Shown: positions 59,966-64,000 of the stretch, in pieces | How positions within the stretch are numbered: the stretch's first letter is position 1 | How the letters are laid out: the number at the start of each line of letters is the position of its first letter | NCBI GenBank assembly: GCA_038230375.1 | Contig: JBBRNJ010000049.1 | Coordinates: 1 to 64,000 of the forward strand | Reading direction: 5' to 3' | From: Polyangiales bacterium | GTDB lineage: Bacteria > Myxococcota_A > Polyangia > Polyangiales > Polyangiaceae | DNA: 64,000 nucleotides | The notes under the pieces: model-generated | Seen by the model: only the letters and a program-made list of their open reading frames with translations | Databases searched by the model: none | What the model was told of the DNA's origin: nothing | Position numbers and translations under genes: made by a program

Positions 59966-61165
59966 ATGTCGATGCCGCGCCCCCTCACCGCCCAGCAAGC
60001 TGCGACACGTCTGGGCGTGAAGCGTGAGACGCTCTATGCGTACGTGAGCCGCGGCGTGCTCTCGCGCACCATCGGTGCAGACGGTCGCACGAGCCGGTTC
60101 GACCCGGCGGAGGTGAATGATCTGGCCCGGCGCGGGCGTCCGCGCAAGGGCGTCGACCGGGTGGGCGAGATCGACGTGTCGCTCGCGACAAGCGTGACCG
60201 CGGTACACCCCGCGCGCCTGCTCTTCCGGGGCCACGACGCGACGGTGCTTGCGAGGACGAGCTCCTTCGAGGCCGTGAGTGAGCTGTTGTGGACGGGAGC
60301 CCTTCCATCGGAGCTCACCTGGCAACACCGGGGCGTCGCGACGACGATGGCGCGCACGGTGGCGCGTGCTCTCGCGCCCGCTGCCTCGCCGATCGAGCGA
60401 TATTCCGCGGTCTGCGCCGCGATCGGCCCGCTGTTCCCGCTCCGCGGTGACACGCGGCCAGCGGCTGTGTTGACCCATGCTCGCGAGCTCATCGTGGCGC
60501 TCGCGACGAGCCTGGAGGAGCGCACGGCGCTGACGCCCGGAACGAACATCGCTCAGCACCTCTGGCAATGCCTGTCGCCTCTGCCGCCAACGGTGCCGCA
60601 GGTCGCGCTCCTCGACGCGGCGCTGGTGTTGCTCTCGGACCACGAGCTCGCGACGTCCACCATCGCCGCGCGCGTCGCGGCGTCGACCCGCGCAGACCCA
60701 TTCTCTGTCGTGCTCGCCGGCCTTGGCGCGATGAACGGCCCGCTGCACGGCAAGGCGGCGCTCCGCGTCCAGCAGCTGCTCCGGGACGCGGAAAGCTCCT
60801 CCGCCGATGCCGCGCTGGCACGCGCCATCCAGTCACACCCCAACCTGCCCGGCTTCGGTCACCCGGTCTATCGCGGCACCGACCCACGCGCAGAGCACCT
60901 CCTCGAGGCACTCGCGAAGGCCAGCGCACGCAAACCACGAACCCTCGTACAGGACCTCCTTCGCGCAGCCACCGCCGCAGGTGCGGCACGACCGAATGTG
61001 GACTTCGCCCTGGCCGCCATGGCTCATTCCATGGGCATGCCCATGGGCAGCACCGAGGCGATCTTCGCGCTCGCGCGCATCAGTGGTCTCGTCGCGCACG
61101 CGCTCGAGGAATACGGAGAAGAACCCCTCCGTTTCCGGGCACGCGCCATCTACACGGGCCCCTGA
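59966..61165 (+). CDS. Citrate synthase-family protein with N-terminal excisionase-like HTH
   Basis: LTAQQAATRLGVKRETLYAYVSRG HTH; DHE, GPLHG, PGFGHPVY...DPR, PNVDF motifs. Confidence 0.9.
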   Translation: MSMPRPLTAQQAATRLGVKRETLYAYVSRGVLSRTIGADGRTSRFDPAEVNDLARRGRPRKGVDRVGEIDVSLATSVTAVHPARLLFRGHDATVLARTSSFEAVSELLWTGALPSELTWQHRGVATTMARTVARALAPAASPIERYSAVCAAIGPLFPLRGDTRPAAVLTHARELIVALATSLEERTALTPGTNIAQHLWQCLSPLPPTVPQVALLDAALVLLSDHELATSTIAARVAASTRADPFSVVLAGLGAMNGPLHGKAALRVQQLLRDAESSSADAALARAIQSHPNLPGFGHPVYRGTDPRAEHLLEALAKASARKPRTLVQDLLRAATAAGAARPNVDFALAAMAHSMGMPMGSTEAIFALARISGLVAHALEEYGEEPLRFRARAIYTGP

Positions 61166-61451
61166 ACCCGAGGGCACGACCCGAGATCTTCGAGTCCGTG
61201 CCCCACCCCACTCACCTCAGAACGTCCCGCCGCCTTGTGTTGCGAACATTGGTTCCTCCTCCCTCTCCGCGAGGGCACTACGCAACTAGAGGGCCAAGAC
61301 GAACCCGCAATTTTCCCGAGTATCTGGAATATGCACTGTCACGATGTGTTGACAGTCCGAGCGTGACGACTGTCCGAATTGCGGACACCCGCTGCCGGCG
61401 CGGTGCGTCTGCGGTCGACACGCCGTAAGCCAGGAGTGCTATCTGCGCCTC

Positions 61452-62342
61452 ATGCTCGTACGTCGCTCCATCGCCCTCGCATTCATCGTCTGCTCGACGG
61501 CGTGCTGCGGCGTGTCGCCACCGAAGAGCCCGCTCCCCACGCCGCAAGCGGCGATCGACCGCGTGCGTGCGACGGGCACGTGCGGCCTTGGGGTGCAGGC
61601 CTCCGCGAAGATCGACCACATCGGACCGAAGGGCCGCGCCCGCGGCGACCTCCTCCTCTACGCGATCGCTCCGGCGAGCCTCCGCATGGATGTCGTCAGC
61701 CCGTTCGGTGTGAACCTGGCGACGCTCACCTCTGACGGGCAGCACTTCGCCCTGGCCGACCTGCGCGAGAAGCGCTTCTTCGTGGGCAAGGCGAGCGCCT
61801 GCAACATCGCGCGCATGACCACAGTGAGCATCCCGCCGTTCGTGCTGGGCGGCCTGCTGCGTGGGCAGCCAGTGCTGCTGAAGCACGAGCCCGTCGCCGT
61901 GACGAGCGCCTGGAACAGCGGGGGCTACTACACCGTGAACATCCAGAGCACGCGTCAGGCGGATCAGGAGCTGCATCTGGCGCCGCACCCCGATGACTTC
62001 GACAAGCCGTGGGCCGAGCAGCGTCTCAGGCTGATCGACGTCACGGTGCGGCAGCAAGGCGTCGTGCTCTATCACGCAGCGCTGTCAGGTCATGCGCCAG
62101 CGGCAACGGCGAAGCCGCGCGTGGATCCGGACGGCATCGATCCGCCGGTGCCGCCGTCCGGCCCCGAGTGCAACGCAGACATTCCGCGGCGCATCCACGT
62201 GGAGGTGCCAGGAAGCGAGATCGACGTGCTGTTCCAGTACGATCAGGTGACCTGGAATCCGCCGATCATCGACGGGCTGTTCCAGCAATCGCCCATCCCC
62301 GGCATGCTGACGACACCGGTGGAGTGCGACGATCCTCAGTGA
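61452..62342 (+). CDS. Lipoprotein, LolA/LolB-like fold suspected
   Basis: TACC lipobox; PASLRMDVVSPFG...LTSDG pattern. Confidence 0.6.
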   Translation: MLVRRSIALAFIVCSTACCGVSPPKSPLPTPQAAIDRVRATGTCGLGVQASAKIDHIGPKGRARGDLLLYAIAPASLRMDVVSPFGVNLATLTSDGQHFALADLREKRFFVGKASACNIARMTTVSIPPFVLGGLLRGQPVLLKHEPVAVTSAWNSGGYYTVNIQSTRQADQELHLAPHPDDFDKPWAEQRLRLIDVTVRQQGVVLYHAALSGHAPAATAKPRVDPDGIDPPVPPSGPECNADIPRRIHVEVPGSEIDVLFQYDQVTWNPPIIDGLFQQSPIPGMLTTPVECDDPQ

Positions 62343-63202
62343 CCCGTCGCGAGGTCGTACTTGTTCGCGTAGCGGCCCTCGCAGTAGTTCGCGGGAACGC
62401 TGGTCGCGCCGTTCAGGTGCTTCTTGTCGAGTGAGCAGACGATCGCCGGATAGTCATCCGAGCTCCACGTCTTGAATTTCATCACGTTCGTCGTGGGGCG
62501 TGCGACCGACGGGAGCGCCGGGTAGTCCACGTCCACGTTCTTGCCCTGGTACACGTCCGTCTTGTGGATGACGCTGACCGGAGCGTGCAGACCGGTGACG
62601 CCAGTGCCCTTGTAGATCTTCGTGGTCATGTCGACGCCGATGAGGGCGGCGAGCTCCACGACGTGCTCACCCTGCATGCGATTGCAGCCGTGCGAGACCG
62701 GGCCGCGAATGAGCTTCCATTCGCCGTCGGCCGCCGTGATCGGTCCGTGGAAGGCAATGCCGCGAGCCTGATCGTACGGGATGAACGGGAAGCCGCCCCA
62801 GGTCGCATGATCGTTCGTCGGAACCCAGGGGCTCGCGACCGTGATGAGGTAGTTTTTCGGCTGCGCGTTCGCAGCGGCGCCGGTGGCGACCGGGTAGACG
62901 ACGGTGAGCTCGGTGCGCCCCGTGGCAAGCGTGGTGGTGGTCGCATAGAAGGGGAACGCGCCGGTGAAGGTCTTCGGCACGAGGCCGGTGACGCGCGCGG
63001 TGTGGGCGGTCTGCGAGACCGTGATGGTCGGTGACTCGAGCGCGGGGAGCGGGCCAGAGTAGACCCACTGGTCGTTGGTGCCCTTTGCCAGATCGTCGGT
63101 GGTGTTGTCCGGGTTCTCCTGGTCGGTGCCATCCATGGCGCAGGCCTGCGTCAGAAGTACGGAGCCGAGAGCGAGGAGCGAGACGAGGAACCCGTTGCGC
63201 AT
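62336..63202 (-). CDS. L,D-transpeptidase (YkuD-family) lipoprotein
   Basis: TQAC lipobox; IAFHGP...VSHGCNRM catalytic motif. Confidence 0.85.
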   Translation of the reverse strand: MRNGFLVSLLALGSVLLTQACAMDGTDQENPDNTTDDLAKGTNDQWVYSGPLPALESPTITVSQTAHTARVTGLVPKTFTGAFPFYATTTTLATGRTELTVVYPVATGAAANAQPKNYLITVASPWVPTNDHATWGGFPFIPYDQARGIAFHGPITAADGEWKLIRGPVSHGCNRMQGEHVVELAALIGVDMTTKIYKGTGVTGLHAPVSVIHKTDVYQGKNVDVDYPALPSVARPTTNVMKFKTWSSDDYPAIVCSLDKKHLNGATSVPANYCEGRYANKYDLATGH

Positions 63203-63432
63203 GACCGTTTGACCTCCAGGACGCAGAGCGGTGCGTCGAGCAGGGTACTGCGAGGAGTGTGCCGTTGTCCTACACGGACATACGGTGTCGCATCAACGAG
63301 ACAGCCTCAGTAACTACATGTACTTAGGTGCAACGCGCCTTGAAAGCTCCAGTGTAGGTGGATCAGCGCAATTCCAGATGTGGATCATCGAGGTTCCGCC
63401 AGTACCAAACTTTTCCACCGAGCAGGACCTGG

Positions 63433-64000
63433 TCAGCCCGTGCCCAGCTCGGTGGCCAGCTCCGCCGCGAGCGCACGGCCGCGGTCCAGGTCCGCCGCGG
63501 TGAGCGTGATGGCGCCGACGACCGGATGTCCCCCGCCACCGTACCGCTCGCAGATCTTGGAGATGTCGTGCGTGCGCGGCCTCTGGCTCCACGGGTTGTA
63601 GCCGATGGATAGCTTCACCCGCTTGGCGTCGCGCGTGACGACGATCGAGTAGCGGCTGTTCGGATAGAGCGCATACGTCACGAACTTTGGCGACACCGCG
63701 AGGAGGCTTGGCGTGAGGTCGACGAGCACGACGCCGTCCTTCTCGACCGCGGCGGCCTCCACGAGCTTCACGAAACCATCGAGCTCTGCCTGCTTCGGTG
63801 CGAAGAGCTCCTGGATCCTGGGCAGCGCGGCGATCTCGTCGATCGATTTCGAGAGGAGCATCGGAACGAGCTCCGCGTAGAACACAGCGTCTCCGTAGCT
63901 CTCGACCACTGTCATCAGCTGGAGCGCTGGCTCCTTGCGTGCGACGGCCATCTCCGCGCTGGGGAAGCGCGCGGCGTCGATGATGTCCGCCCATCGCACC
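63433..64000 (-). CDS. DHH-family phosphoesterase-like protein, 5'-truncated by the window edge
   Basis: C-terminal SIGYNPW...ICERYGGGGHPVVGA (DHHA1-like). Confidence 0.7.
   Translation of the reverse strand, partial: VRWADIIDAARFPSAEMAVARKEPALQLMTVVESYGDAVFYAELVPMLLSKSIDEIAALPRIQELFAPKQAELDGFVKLVEAAAVEKDGVVLVDLTPSLLAVSPKFVTYALYPNSRYSIVVTRDAKRVKLSIGYNPWSQRPRTHDISKICERYGGGGHPVVGAITLTAADLDRGRALAAELATELGTG

Overview
High-GC bacterial chromosome segment, most likely from a myxobacterium (Myxococcota, probably Polyangiales). The evidence is MYXO-CTERM-type tails, an MglA paralogue, many Cys- and Asp/Gly-rich lipoproteins, and S-x-R-P-P low-complexity tracts. About 57 CDS and two tRNAs (Pro-CGG, elongator Met-CAT) are supported. 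Most of 12.5-64 kb is core or near-core: pdhABC, lipA, mtnA, hbd-crt, holB, tatD, oppD/oppF-like ATPases, a cold-shock protein, PrkA/YeaH/SpoVR, two S8 proteases, kinases and a tetraheme cytochrome. The most unusual part is 5.7-12.4 kb, an accessory hotspot at the 3' end of tRNA-Pro. A 20-bp duplication of the tRNA 3' end brackets a ~3.8-kb island with no integrase. Both att copies are flanked by the same ~195-bp strongly self-complementary element. The genes in and beside the island are mostly catalytically eroded copies of signalling or translation proteins: a stand-alone EF-Tu-like G domain, an MglA paralogue with natural K25R/T54D/Q82A-equivalent changes, a nucleotidyltransferase-like domain fused to two pseudo-receivers, and an internally deleted CX5R phosphatase. 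Other points of note are an HTH-citrate-synthase fusion with a visible tandem palindromic operator, an OppF-like ATPase with a Ser-Pro-rich extension coupled to a Ser/Thr kinase, and a window-wide TANNNT-(5-10 nt)-start pattern suggesting leaderless mRNAs. All calls come from reading motifs by eye; no searches were run.
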